The notes under the pieces: model-generated
What the model saw: only the letters and a program-made list of their open reading frames with translations
Database searches by the model: none
What the model was told of the DNA's origin: nothing
Origin: Candidatus Omnitrophota bacterium
GTDB taxonomy: Bacteria > Omnitrophota > Omnitrophia > Omnitrophales > JACQLI01
Reading direction: 5' to 3'
Length of the DNA: 64,000 bases
Assembly: GCA_016179745.1 (NCBI GenBank)
Contig: JACPCP010000013.1
Span: forward strand, 35,344 to 99,343
Shown: one piece after another, positions 50,370-59,266 of the stretch
Layout: the number at the start of each line of letters is the position of its first letter
Position numbering within the stretch: position 1 is the stretch's first letter
Position numbers and translations under genes: made by a program

Positions 50370-51317
50370 TCAATCCGTGGAGTCCTCGATGAAGAATAAG
50401 GGCCTTCTCCTTGTTTCGTCCAGGTTTCTCCACAAATATTCTCCGGTCACGCCCAGCATCACCATTTGAGTCCCCCCCAATACCAGAATGAGAACGACCG
50501 TGGCAGCCCAGCCCGGAAAGGGATACCCCACAAAAATAGAATAAAAGATGACAAAGAGGGCATACAAGAATCCGAGCCCTGCGGTCGAAAGCCCGATCCA
50601 GGTGATTCCCTTCAGGGGAATGCCGGAAAAGGCAATGATCCAGTCGGCCAGCAGTTTCATCTTGCTCCGAAAACTCCATTTGGAGGCGCCGGAAAGCCGC
50701 TGCCGCCTTTCGTAACTCACGGTCTCCTGCCTGAAACCGAGCCAGAGCATCAATCCAAATAAAGACGTGTTGCGTTCCGGGCACCGGTTAATGGCCTCGG
50801 CCACGCTTCGTGAGAACATGAAGAAGTCGGCATTCAACAAACTGACGCTCGATAACTCCCGGTTGACAAACCACCGGATCAGACGATAGGCAAAGACCGC
50901 CAGCCATTTGGTTAAAAAAGGCTCTCTTCGGTCTTTTCTCACGGCCCAGACCAGATGGCAGCCCGACTTGATCTTTTCCAACATTTCCCCGATGGCCCGG
51001 GGGTCCTCCTGGCCGTCGGCCGAAATACAAAGCACGACATCGCCCCTGGCCTGGCTGATGCCGGCCCGGAGGGCGGTATGACTCCCGCTTCTCCGGCTTA
51101 AACGGATCCCAGTCACTCTCCGGTTCTCTTCCCGCAAGGCCCGGACCTTTTGAAGGGTATCATCCGAGGAATGATCGTCCACCACAATCACCTCGTGATC
51201 GCCAATATCGGAACGCTGGCTGATGACGTTTTCCATTTCCCGGATTACGGGCACGATATTTTTGGACTCGTTATAAGCCGGAATAACCACAGAGAGAAAA
51301 AGGTTGTCTGATTTCAT
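50370..51317 (-). CDS. GT2 polyprenyl-phosphate sugar synthase-like (ArnC/GtrB-like) with C-terminal TM hairpin
   Basis: LSVVIPAYNESKNI, VIVVDDHSSDDT, LSRRSGSHTALRAGI, ISADGQEDP. Colinear with the partial GT2 at 1..452. Two C-terminal TM helices. Confidence 0.85.
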   Translation of the reverse strand: MKSDNLFLSVVIPAYNESKNIVPVIREMENVISQRSDIGDHEVIVVDDHSSDDTLQKVRALREENRRVTGIRLSRRSGSHTALRAGISQARGDVVLCISADGQEDPRAIGEMLEKIKSGCHLVWAVRKDRREPFLTKWLAVFAYRLIRWFVNRELSSVSLLNADFFMFSRSVAEAINRCPERNTSLFGLMLWLGFRQETVSYERRQRLSGASKWSFRSKMKLLADWIIAFSGIPLKGITWIGLSTAGLGFLYALFVIFYSIFVGYPFPGWAATVVLILVLGGTQMVMLGVTGEYLWRNLDETRRRPLFFIEDSTD

Positions 51318-52495
51318 GCTTGGACCGCCTCACAGGCTTGTTTCAAAACTTCGACGACGTAGTCCTGGTCTGATTCCGTCATTTCAGGATAAAGGGGCAG
51401 CAAAATAGAGTGCTCCTGGGCCTGCTCACTCTCCCGTAAGGCGCCGTTTTCCCGGGGCCGCCAGCCCGCCTGCCGGTAAGCAGGCTCCCGGTGGACACAC
51501 ATGATTCCTCTCCGGGTGGCCACCTTTTGATCCAGCATCAGCTGCATGACCTGTTTCTGATCCAGATCCGCCGAGAGACGAACGCAGTAACTCTGCCAAT
51601 TGCTTCTCGCCCAGGAAGGCTCTTCCGGAGTCTTGATATCGGAGTTGGAGCTCAAAAGTTTTCGATATCGATCGGCCAACACCCGCCGGCGCTTCACAAT
51701 GCCGTCAAGCCGCTTGAGTTGCTCCCGCCCTACTGCCGCCTGGATATCCGTCATCCGGTAATTAAAACCAATCTCCGGATACGATTCAAAAATAACCTCC
51801 TGGGACCGGTGTCTCAATTCATCAGGAATTTCCATTCCGTTATGCCGCCAGATTCTAAATTTTCGATCCCATTCCGGGTTCGAGGTGGTGATCATTCCCC
51901 CGTCACCGGTAGTGATCACCTTACGGGGATGAAAAGAAAAACAGGCAATATCCCCGTGGGGCCGGCCAATTTTCTGCCACTCCCCCTTCCATAGAATCTG
52001 ACTCCCCACAGCACAGGCAGCATCCTCAATCACGGGAAGCGAATGCCGCTTGGCCGTCTCCAAAATGGTCTCAAGGCGGCAGGGCATGCCCATCTGGTGG
52101 ACGCACAAAACCGCACGGGTCTTCTCAGTGATGGCCTCTTCCAATAAATCCGGGTTGAGATTGAAGCTCCCGGGCTCAATATCCACAAAAATGGGGTGAG
52201 CGCCCGAGTAGCAAATGCTGTTCGCTGTTGCTATGAAGGTGTGGCTGACCGTAATCACTTCATCGCCCGGCCGAACTCCAACGGCCAAAAGCGCCAGGTG
52301 AAGAGCGGCCGTGCAGCTTGAGACCGCACAGGCGTATTTTGCGCCGGCCCACGCCGCAAACTCTTTTTCAAAAGCCGCCACCTCCGGTCCCTGAGTGACC
52401 CATCCCGAGAGGATCGGCCGTGAGGCAGCCCGGGTCTCCGGCTCCCCCATGGAAGGCTTGATAATCGGAATCACAGAGGCCGGGTGATAGCTCAT
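51314..52495 (-). CDS. DegT/DnrJ/EryC1-family PLP sugar aminotransferase (WbpE/WlbC-like)
   Basis: IPIIKPSMGEPE. PLP lysine context CFSFHPRKVITTGDGG. Start ATG 52495..52493 overlaps the upstream TGA 52494..52492. Confidence 0.9.
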   Translation of the reverse strand: MSYHPASVIPIIKPSMGEPETRAASRPILSGWVTQGPEVAAFEKEFAAWAGAKYACAVSSCTAALHLALLAVGVRPGDEVITVSHTFIATANSICYSGAHPIFVDIEPGSFNLNPDLLEEAITEKTRAVLCVHQMGMPCRLETILETAKRHSLPVIEDAACAVGSQILWKGEWQKIGRPHGDIACFSFHPRKVITTGDGGMITTSNPEWDRKFRIWRHNGMEIPDELRHRSQEVIFESYPEIGFNYRMTDIQAAVGREQLKRLDGIVKRRRVLADRYRKLLSSNSDIKTPEEPSWARSNWQSYCVRLSADLDQKQVMQLMLDQKVATRRGIMCVHREPAYRQAGWRPRENGALRESEQAQEHSILLPLYPEMTESDQDYVVEVLKQACEAVQA

Positions 52496-53511
52496 GAGAG
52501 GCTGGCTTTGGCGGTTTCCCAATTGTAAAGGATTTCCTCTTCGAGCAGTTCTTCAGGAGATTTTTTGAGCCCCCGATACCAGGCCAAAAGCTTTTCAAGT
52601 CCTGATCTCAGGTCCTCTTTTGGTTTAAAGCCCAGCAATTCTCGGGCCTCTGAAACATCGGCGCAAAGCCTTAAGACATCGCCCGGCCGGGGATTGTCTT
52701 TGACGGTCTCGGCATCCGGCCGTCCTGCGGTCCGTGCGACTTCGCCGGCTAAATCCTGAATGGAGATTTCCCGGCCGCTTCCGATGTTGATCGTCCGGCC
52801 CACCGCCGCTTCAGAATCCCCCGCCGCCAGGATTCCCCTTGCCGTATCGCTGACATAAGTAAAATCACGGGTCTGGGTGCCGTCTCCAAAAATCACCATC
52901 GGTTTCCCTGCCAGCACCCGCAAAAGAAACTTGGGGATCACCTCGCCCGAATCGCCCTCATGGTGTGACCTCGGTCCAAAGGCATTGAAGGGGCGCACTA
53001 CGACAGTGGCGTAATGATAAGTTCCATAAAAGGCACGGGCGTAACACTCCCCCGCCAGTTTGGAAGCACCGTAGACCGTTCTTGGAAGTGTCGGATGCTC
53101 TTCGTCGATTGGGACACGGACTGCGGTTCCGTAAACCTCGGAACTGGAAACATAGACAAACCGCTGGACCCCCTTTGCCCTGGCTGCCGCAAGAAGACCC
53201 AACGTGGCCGTGGCATTCACTTCGTGGTTTTCAAGGGGAGAATGAATGGAGTGGCGCACCCCCAGACAAGCCAGGTGAAAAACAATATCTACACCCGCCA
53301 ATAATTTTTCGATCGTTTCTTTGTCCCGAATATCGGCCACGACCAGCCGGCAAAGGGGGTTGGGAAGGAAATCCAGATTCTCCCGGCGGCCGTTGACCAG
53401 ATTATCCACGACCACGACCCGGGCCCCCTGATCGACAAGCTGCCGCACGACTTCACACCCGATAAAGCCGGCGCCGCCTGTTACCAAGACGTTTTTATTT
53501 TTAAAACTCAT
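52492..53511 (-). CDS. NAD-dependent epimerase/dehydratase (extended SDR, GalE/WbpP-like)
   Basis: VLVTGGAGFIGCEV, VSSSEVYG, YGASKLAGE. Confidence 0.85.
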   Translation of the reverse strand: MSFKNKNVLVTGGAGFIGCEVVRQLVDQGARVVVVDNLVNGRRENLDFLPNPLCRLVVADIRDKETIEKLLAGVDIVFHLACLGVRHSIHSPLENHEVNATATLGLLAAARAKGVQRFVYVSSSEVYGTAVRVPIDEEHPTLPRTVYGASKLAGECYARAFYGTYHYATVVVRPFNAFGPRSHHEGDSGEVIPKFLLRVLAGKPMVIFGDGTQTRDFTYVSDTARGILAAGDSEAAVGRTINIGSGREISIQDLAGEVARTAGRPDAETVKDNPRPGDVLRLCADVSEARELLGFKPKEDLRSGLEKLLAWYRGLKKSPEELLEEEILYNWETAKASLS

Positions 53512-53574
53512 GTCTGATTTTTCTCAACGGAGGTAAGGGTTGAAGCGGAAGTTTCTGTGCTGGGAAAGGAACTG

Positions 53575-54033
53575 CTATTTGCGCTTCGTTTTCTTATGCC
53601 TCTTGCCATTCTTGAAGGCTGAAACCTCTTCTCTCAAGCTTCGAACGACTCGGGCCGGGATTCCTACAACCAGGGAATAAGCTGGGATTTTGGTGTTTTC
53701 GGTCACCACGGCACCGGCTCCGATGACGCTGTGGTGGCCGATTTCAACGCCTTTGAGGATTGTAGCATTTTCGCCAATGAAAACGTTATGACCGATTTTT
53801 GTCCGGGCAAAGTCGATCTTGTTATGACGTCTTCCACTAATACAACGCCTTACAGTTGAATGGGTTACGATATGGGCGCCGCAGCTGATGTCACAGGCCT
53901 TGCCGATCTCCAACCCCCCCAGCCCGTCAATCAGGCAAAAGGCTCCGATCCAGGTGCCCTTGCCGATTTTAGGGTTTCCCGTAATCCAGGCATGAGGATT
54001 AAAGGGGTTGGGTGGGATTCCGTGATCCTTCAT
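53575..54033 (-). CDS. Left-handed beta-helix (hexapeptide-repeat) acyl/acetyltransferase
   Basis: Hexapeptide periodicity in IGHNVFIGENATILKGVEIGHHSVIGAGAVVTENTKIP. Confidence 0.8.
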   Translation of the reverse strand: MKDHGIPPNPFNPHAWITGNPKIGKGTWIGAFCLIDGLGGLEIGKACDISCGAHIVTHSTVRRCISGRRHNKIDFARTKIGHNVFIGENATILKGVEIGHHSVIGAGAVVTENTKIPAYSLVVGIPARVVRSLREEVSAFKNGKRHKKTKRK

Positions 54034-54039
54034 TATCGC

Positions 54040-55119
54040 TTACAGAGAAATGACTCTTCCTCCCTCCTTCATGGACTGGTCCGCCGCCTCCAAAATCCTG
54101 ACCACCCGGTTTCCGTTCTCTCCGTCGGTCCGAGGCGGGCGGTTTCCAAAGATGCTGTCCAGGAAATGCTCGCACTCTGTTTTCAAGGGTTCTTTGAAAT
54201 CAAGGTGGGGGCTGACCACATCTCCCATCCGGTAATCAACCCGAACTTCCGTGCTATTGGCGTCAAGGTGGGCGCCCCGATCGGCGATCTTCAGTTTTTC
54301 GGAAGGATCGAGGTCGTCGTATAAAACCATTTTTTTGCTGCCCACAAGAGTCATCCGCCTGATCTTTGCCGGTGCCAGCCAGCTTAAATGAACGTGGGCC
54401 AAAGTCCCTCCTGGAAATTCCATCCGGATGAACGCCACATCCGCCGTCCCCTTCTGGAGGTAAGCCTGCCCGAAGGCGCTCACTCGCTGGGGTATCTTCC
54501 CCACCCAATGCAGGATGATTGAAAGGTCATGAGGGGCAAGGTCCCAAATCACATTCCGCCCGTCCGATTGATACCGCCCGAGGTTGACCCGCACCGAGTC
54601 AATGTAGTAAAGCTCGCCGAGCTCCTGCGATTTCAATAGCTCGGCCACTTTCAAAACCGCAGGATTGTATTCAAAGGTGTGACCAACCATTAAAATCCTT
54701 CCCTTTCGCCGGGCAAGGTTAATCAATTCCGTTCCTTCACTGCTCGAAGCGGCCAGCGGCTTCTCAACCAAAACGTGCTTGCCGGCTTGAAGGGCTGTCT
54801 GGGCCAATTCGAAGTGCGTGGATACCGGCGTTGCAATGACAACAGCATCGACCGCTGGGTCCCGAAGAATTTCCTGGTGGACAGTCGTTAAACGAAGGGC
54901 AGGGTATCTTTTCGCCAAGGGGGTCAAAACACTTTTTCGAAGATCGGCGACGGCCACAACTCTGGACCGGTCCAAATCCTGAAAATTACGGACAAGATTC
55001 GGACCCCAGTAGCCAAAGCCAATGACACCGATACGGACAACGGCGCTGGGGCCTTTGCTTGACGCTGTGTGAGCCCTGGGCTTCTTCGACGGCCGCCTTT
55101 TTTGTTCTTCTGTCTTCAT
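54040..55119 (-). CDS. Gfo/Idh/MocA-family NAD(P) oxidoreductase (WbpB/WlbA-like sugar 3-dehydrogenase candidate)
   Basis: VRIGVIGFGYWGPNLVRNF Rossmann motif, VLVEKPLA, ILMVGHTFEYNPAV. Paralog of 61111..62157. Confidence 0.85.
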   Translation of the reverse strand: MKTEEQKRRPSKKPRAHTASSKGPSAVVRIGVIGFGYWGPNLVRNFQDLDRSRVVAVADLRKSVLTPLAKRYPALRLTTVHQEILRDPAVDAVVIATPVSTHFELAQTALQAGKHVLVEKPLAASSSEGTELINLARRKGRILMVGHTFEYNPAVLKVAELLKSQELGELYYIDSVRVNLGRYQSDGRNVIWDLAPHDLSIILHWVGKIPQRVSAFGQAYLQKGTADVAFIRMEFPGGTLAHVHLSWLAPAKIRRMTLVGSKKMVLYDDLDPSEKLKIADRGAHLDANSTEVRVDYRMGDVVSPHLDFKEPLKTECEHFLDSIFGNRPPRTDGENGNRVVRILEAADQSMKEGGRVISL

Positions 55120-55145
55120 CGTGCCCTTTCTCTTGCGGGGTCTTA

Positions 55146-56795
55146 TTATAGCCTATAAATTCGGATCAAGGGACCCAGTCTCGTCCTCTTCCAAAGAGAT
55201 CGGGACGCAAAATCAACATTCTCCGAATCAAAGGGAATGCCCTCGCTTCGATAGGGAGAAAAAACAGCCAGGAGTTCGGCGGAATGGCTCAACTCCTCTA
55301 GAAATTTTTCATAGCGATCCCGGGCCTCTTTTCGTTCGGGACGCAACTTATGCCTGGGACCTTCCAGAACGGTCCCGAGATGCCATTCATCCAACGCCAG
55401 ATATCTAAATCCCAGCCTCCGATATTCTTCAAGAGTTTTTAAGGAGGACACATTCCGAAGTGTGGTTCTGAAAACAGTGGAATCCAGCCGTTCTGAATAA
55501 GGGAATTTGGGAGTGCTGCGCAGATAAAACCAGAAACTGTGCAGCATTTTTTCGTCCTTCGGAAGATTCTCTGACATCCAGCGGTAGGCCAGAATCCTTG
55601 TCTCGGGAACCATTTTCAGAGAATGGAAACGCACGAGACTCGTCAGGCTGGAAAAAACAAGAATCAGACTGAGTAGAGCCAAGACCAGACTTGTCTGCCG
55701 AATTCCGGCAGGTCTGAGGGAAGCCCATCGCCAGACCGCTCCGACGACAAGCGCTGCGGCGCCCAGGCAAAGGAAAGGAATCATCGGAATAATATATCTT
55801 GCAGCTCGAATTTCCAGGAAGCCTGCGATTAGAAAAAAACACAACGGGAATGCAACAAATAAGAGGTTTCTGGGATTAACTCGGACGGCAAGATAAAGAA
55901 TGCCGATCCAGCCGGCAAGCTCCAACGGAAACCCCAGACCATACCTGAGCGGGTTCGCAAGATAGTAAAACCAGTTCCATTCTCCCTCGTATCCCAGATG
56001 CCCCGTTCCTCCAACCTTGTAGAACCCAATAAACGTAAGCAGGTCCTTCTTAAACCCCGGAAAATCAATAATCCAGAAGGGTGTCCCGATCGTAAACCCG
56101 AGTCCGAAAAAAATAAAAAACAAAAGCGCTTTTCTCCCCCCTCGTTCCCGAAAAAGGTTTGAGCCACGATCCCACGCCCCGAGAACCAGAGCGAGGGGGC
56201 CCAGCATTAGCGCTGTGAGGCCGCTATATTTTGTCGATGCGCTAAGCCCTACGGACAGCCCCATCAGCATAAAATAACGCAGCCCCCCGGTCTGGTAGGC
56301 CAGGACCGCAAAGAGAAAAGACAGGGTAATCAAAAAAGTAAGGGTGGCGTCCACAATCGCAACTTGTGAGTATTGGGCGTGAAGAAAGGCGAACGTTAAA
56401 AAAAAGGCGCTGATCCATCCTGCCTTTTTGTTAAAAAGCTTCAGCCCGATGACATAGACAAGGGGAATGGTCAGGGTGCCGAAAATTGCACTGACGCCCC
56501 TTGCGATCACATAAAAGACCGTGGGGTCCCGCTGATAAAAATCCCATGCCTCACCCAGCGTTTTCAAAAAACCGGACAATCGGGCCGTCAAAATGAACAG
56601 GGCATCGCCCAAAAAGCAAAGATAAAAATAGAGAGTCGGGTGAACAAAGTTATGGGGATTCAGGTCCCCGCCCCCCAGGTTTAAGGCCTGATAGACATAC
56701 CTCCCTTCATCAACATAATTAAGATCCGGCAGCCCGTATCCAATCTTCCAAATCCGAATCACGAAACCAACCAGTGTCAATAAAACGATCGGCAC
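55146..56795 (-). CDS. GT-C glycosyltransferase, family 39/ArnT-like
   Basis: GTG start. First loop GLPDLNYVDEGRYVYQALNLGGG..HPTLYFYL. About 12 TM segments and a C-terminal soluble domain. Confidence 0.7.
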   Translation of the reverse strand: MPIVLLTLVGFVIRIWKIGYGLPDLNYVDEGRYVYQALNLGGGDLNPHNFVHPTLYFYLCFLGDALFILTARLSGFLKTLGEAWDFYQRDPTVFYVIARGVSAIFGTLTIPLVYVIGLKLFNKKAGWISAFFLTFAFLHAQYSQVAIVDATLTFLITLSFLFAVLAYQTGGLRYFMLMGLSVGLSASTKYSGLTALMLGPLALVLGAWDRGSNLFRERGGRKALLFFIFFGLGFTIGTPFWIIDFPGFKKDLLTFIGFYKVGGTGHLGYEGEWNWFYYLANPLRYGLGFPLELAGWIGILYLAVRVNPRNLLFVAFPLCFFLIAGFLEIRAARYIIPMIPFLCLGAAALVVGAVWRWASLRPAGIRQTSLVLALLSLILVFSSLTSLVRFHSLKMVPETRILAYRWMSENLPKDEKMLHSFWFYLRSTPKFPYSERLDSTVFRTTLRNVSSLKTLEEYRRLGFRYLALDEWHLGTVLEGPRHKLRPERKEARDRYEKFLEELSHSAELLAVFSPYRSEGIPFDSENVDFASRSLWKRTRLGPLIRIYRL

Positions 56796-56885
56796 TTGAC
56801 GCTAGACCTCCGTATCAACCGGTTTCATGGCCTGCATAGGCTTATCTGTAACCACAGACGGCACCCTCCAGTCCCAAATAGGAGG

Positions 56886-56923
56886 AAAAACACCCGGAGG
56901 GAGGCTCCAAAAAGAAAGGGGTG
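56886..56923 (-). terminator. Possible intrinsic terminator downstream of the methyltransferase gene at 56954
   Basis: Minus strand reads CACCC-(10 nt)-GGAG-cctcc-CTCCGGGTG followed by TTTTT. The stem is interrupted by a bulge, so the call is weak. Confidence 0.25.
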
Positions 56924-56953
56924 AAGAGAAAAATCCTTCTTAAACATTTTCTC

Positions 56954-57670
56954 CTATTCCTTGCGCACCATAATGGCAAAACCGAATGCGTGACCGAGAG
57001 ACCGGGGGTGTCCCTTAAAGCAGAAATCAAGCCACTTGAGGGGCCAGACCACGTAACCCCAAATCGCTTCAAAGATAACTCGATATACCAATTCGGAACC
57101 AAAGCTCGTCATGATACTCAAACAAGCTCTCAAATGGTAAGCAAGGGCCGAGAAGGGCCCTGAGGTCGGCTCCAGCCACTCCACCTTCCAGCCCTCAAAC
57201 AAAAGAGGCAGGCCTTGAGGGGACCATCGCAGGTAATCGCCGGGTGCCGGGTGGAAACCGCAGATAAAGGGAATCTCGACATAAAGCCACCCTCCCCGCT
57301 TTAAAACCCGCCTGGCTTCCCGAACCACTACATGAGGCTTTTCGACATGCTCGAGCAGAGACAACATCCAAATGCCGTCACAGCTTTCATTCCTAAACGG
57401 CAGATGGTTCGCATCCGCCGCCACATCCACATTCGAATGGGCCTCCAAATCGACTTCTACCGTGAAATCGGCCGCCCGCCTCCCCCCGGAACCGATGTTC
57501 AGCACAATTCCATTCTTCCCAGTATTTTCCAAAAAGCGCTCCGCAGCCTTCCTCGGATAGTGAATCAAAGAAAATCTTCCCGGGCGGCGGAAAAGCCCAA
57601 CAAATACGGCGATCGCATGGCGGATTTTCCACGCAACGCCTGACTTTCTGGACCCTTCTGTCTTGGCCAT
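56954..57670 (-). CDS. Class I SAM-dependent methyltransferase (Methyltransf_11-like)
   Basis: VLNIGSGGRR, CDGIWMLSLLEHVEKP, LKRGGWLYVEIP. TAAATG junction with the upstream gene (57668..57673). Confidence 0.8.
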   Translation of the reverse strand: MAKTEGSRKSGVAWKIRHAIAVFVGLFRRPGRFSLIHYPRKAAERFLENTGKNGIVLNIGSGGRRAADFTVEVDLEAHSNVDVAADANHLPFRNESCDGIWMLSLLEHVEKPHVVVREARRVLKRGGWLYVEIPFICGFHPAPGDYLRWSPQGLPLLFEGWKVEWLEPTSGPFSALAYHLRACLSIMTSFGSELVYRVIFEAIWGYVVWPLKWLDFCFKGHPRSLGHAFGFAIMVRKE

Positions 57671-59263
57671 TTAATCCCTTACCTTAAAAAGGGTCCCATC
57701 TGAAAAATTGCTTACGACCTTCAAAGGAACTTTTTGGGCCAACTCCTCTTTTGAGGGGTGATACCAACGCCAATCAATATGATCCAAATAGACGAGGACC
57801 CCGTCTTCTTTTAGGAGATTTTCCCTCATTTTGATTATCTCGGAGGGATACGTGGCAAGGTATTGCTTTGAGGAATCTTTCGCATATGCTTTGAGTTTGT
57901 CCCGCTGGGTCGGAATGGGCGACGAGGGACGCCCTGTCAAGAGATAGAGGGCATCCATACCGTTTGTATAAATAAGGGTTCCAGCGGGCAGGGCTCGGAC
58001 ACTTTGGACGACCTCAGAATTCTTCCACAAAGGACCGGCGTAACCCAACCCTTCAGTCCGGGCTTCGTGACTCCAGTGAAGGGCCCTCAAAAAGTAGGAC
58101 GCCGCAAAAAAGCAGGACAACACCACCAACCCCCGGCGGACCCAATTCGAAGACACTGCTCTCTGCCACAGGCGATATCCCGTCAGAGTCATAAACAGAA
58201 TCAGGGCCACATAGACCGGAAAAAGCGCACGATCATCGATGCGTTGTCCGCCGAGAAAGGTCGTCGTCACCAGGTAAACTCCGATATGACAGATCGTGAC
58301 AAGAAACAGAACGGCCGGCAGGTTTTTAGGATAAAATCGCCGTGGCGGGCGGCTCCGGCCTTTTGGGCTTTTATCGGGGCCTCTTCTGTAAACGGAAAAA
58401 GAGACTACCACCAACAACATTACCGCCATCAGCAAAAAGAGCGCTCGAATAACCTTGGGAACACCGTAAGGAAGTAACCACACCGATGGATAGGCCAGGA
58501 GTTCTCTTAAGTTCATCCCAAGATACGGATAAAAACCCGGCATCAAGCCGGTCCCCGTGGTGCTCCCCAAAACCATTTGATTCCGAAAGACCCAAGCCGC
58601 CATCGGAAGACAGGCCAGGCATCCCGCCAGGAACGCATGAGCCATTCTGCGAAGAAAAGTGCCCCGGTGGAACCATAGAAGGGACAATACGACGGTCATC
58701 ACGATAGAAATGCCTGAATACTTCGTCAGAAAAGCAAGGGCAGTGAATCCGATTGCCGTCATCAAAAAGAGTTTTTTGGAACAATCCTCGAGATAGACGG
58801 CCAACCAAAAGAGCCCAAGAAACCCAAAAAAAAGGAACGTGGGTTCCGAGATTGCCATCGCATGAAGTTTCAGGGTCACAAAAGAGGTCAGCAACAAAAA
58901 ACTGCTAAAGAGAGCCGGCCAGAGTGATTTTGTATATCGAAACACAACAAAACCAGCCAGGAAAATATTCGCTCCAAAGAGCAGCGTATTCAACAGCCTT
59001 GCTCCGGTTAAAAGGTCCATCCGAAAAAGACCTGTCATCGCCATCAAGATCGAAAAAAGAGGGCCATAGCGGGTCAAAGGCGGAGCATAGTCCCCTCTTG
59101 GAATCTCCCTCATCCCCTGACCCTCCAGGAGACTCTGGGCGGCACTGAGATAGCTTGCCGAATCGGGAAAGAGCCCGATTCCCCAAGGCGTAGAAAACCA
59201 CAGGAAAAGGACTCCAGCGAAAGCCATGCATCCAACCAGCAAAAGAGTGTGCCGGTGATTCAT
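57671..59263 (-). CDS. Polytopic membrane protein, GT-C-like candidate glycosyltransferase
   Basis: 530 aa. First loop GLFPDSASYLSAAQSLLEGQGM (D-x-x-x-Y..G-x-G pattern). About 11 TM segments and a C-terminal soluble domain. Confidence 0.55.
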   Translation of the reverse strand: MNHRHTLLLVGCMAFAGVLFLWFSTPWGIGLFPDSASYLSAAQSLLEGQGMREIPRGDYAPPLTRYGPLFSILMAMTGLFRMDLLTGARLLNTLLFGANIFLAGFVVFRYTKSLWPALFSSFLLLTSFVTLKLHAMAISEPTFLFFGFLGLFWLAVYLEDCSKKLFLMTAIGFTALAFLTKYSGISIVMTVVLSLLWFHRGTFLRRMAHAFLAGCLACLPMAAWVFRNQMVLGSTTGTGLMPGFYPYLGMNLRELLAYPSVWLLPYGVPKVIRALFLLMAVMLLVVVSFSVYRRGPDKSPKGRSRPPRRFYPKNLPAVLFLVTICHIGVYLVTTTFLGGQRIDDRALFPVYVALILFMTLTGYRLWQRAVSSNWVRRGLVVLSCFFAASYFLRALHWSHEARTEGLGYAGPLWKNSEVVQSVRALPAGTLIYTNGMDALYLLTGRPSSPIPTQRDKLKAYAKDSSKQYLATYPSEIIKMRENLLKEDGVLVYLDHIDWRWYHPSKEELAQKVPLKVVSNFSDGTLFKVRD

Positions 59264-59266
59264 CGC

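Noticed and set aside
56842-57102. An 86-aa minus-strand ORF spanning the 158-nt gap between the methyltransferase and the GT-C gene.
   Set aside because: It overlaps the 3' end of the well-supported methyltransferase in another frame and has no SD or recognisable motif. The gap is better explained as a terminator/leader region.
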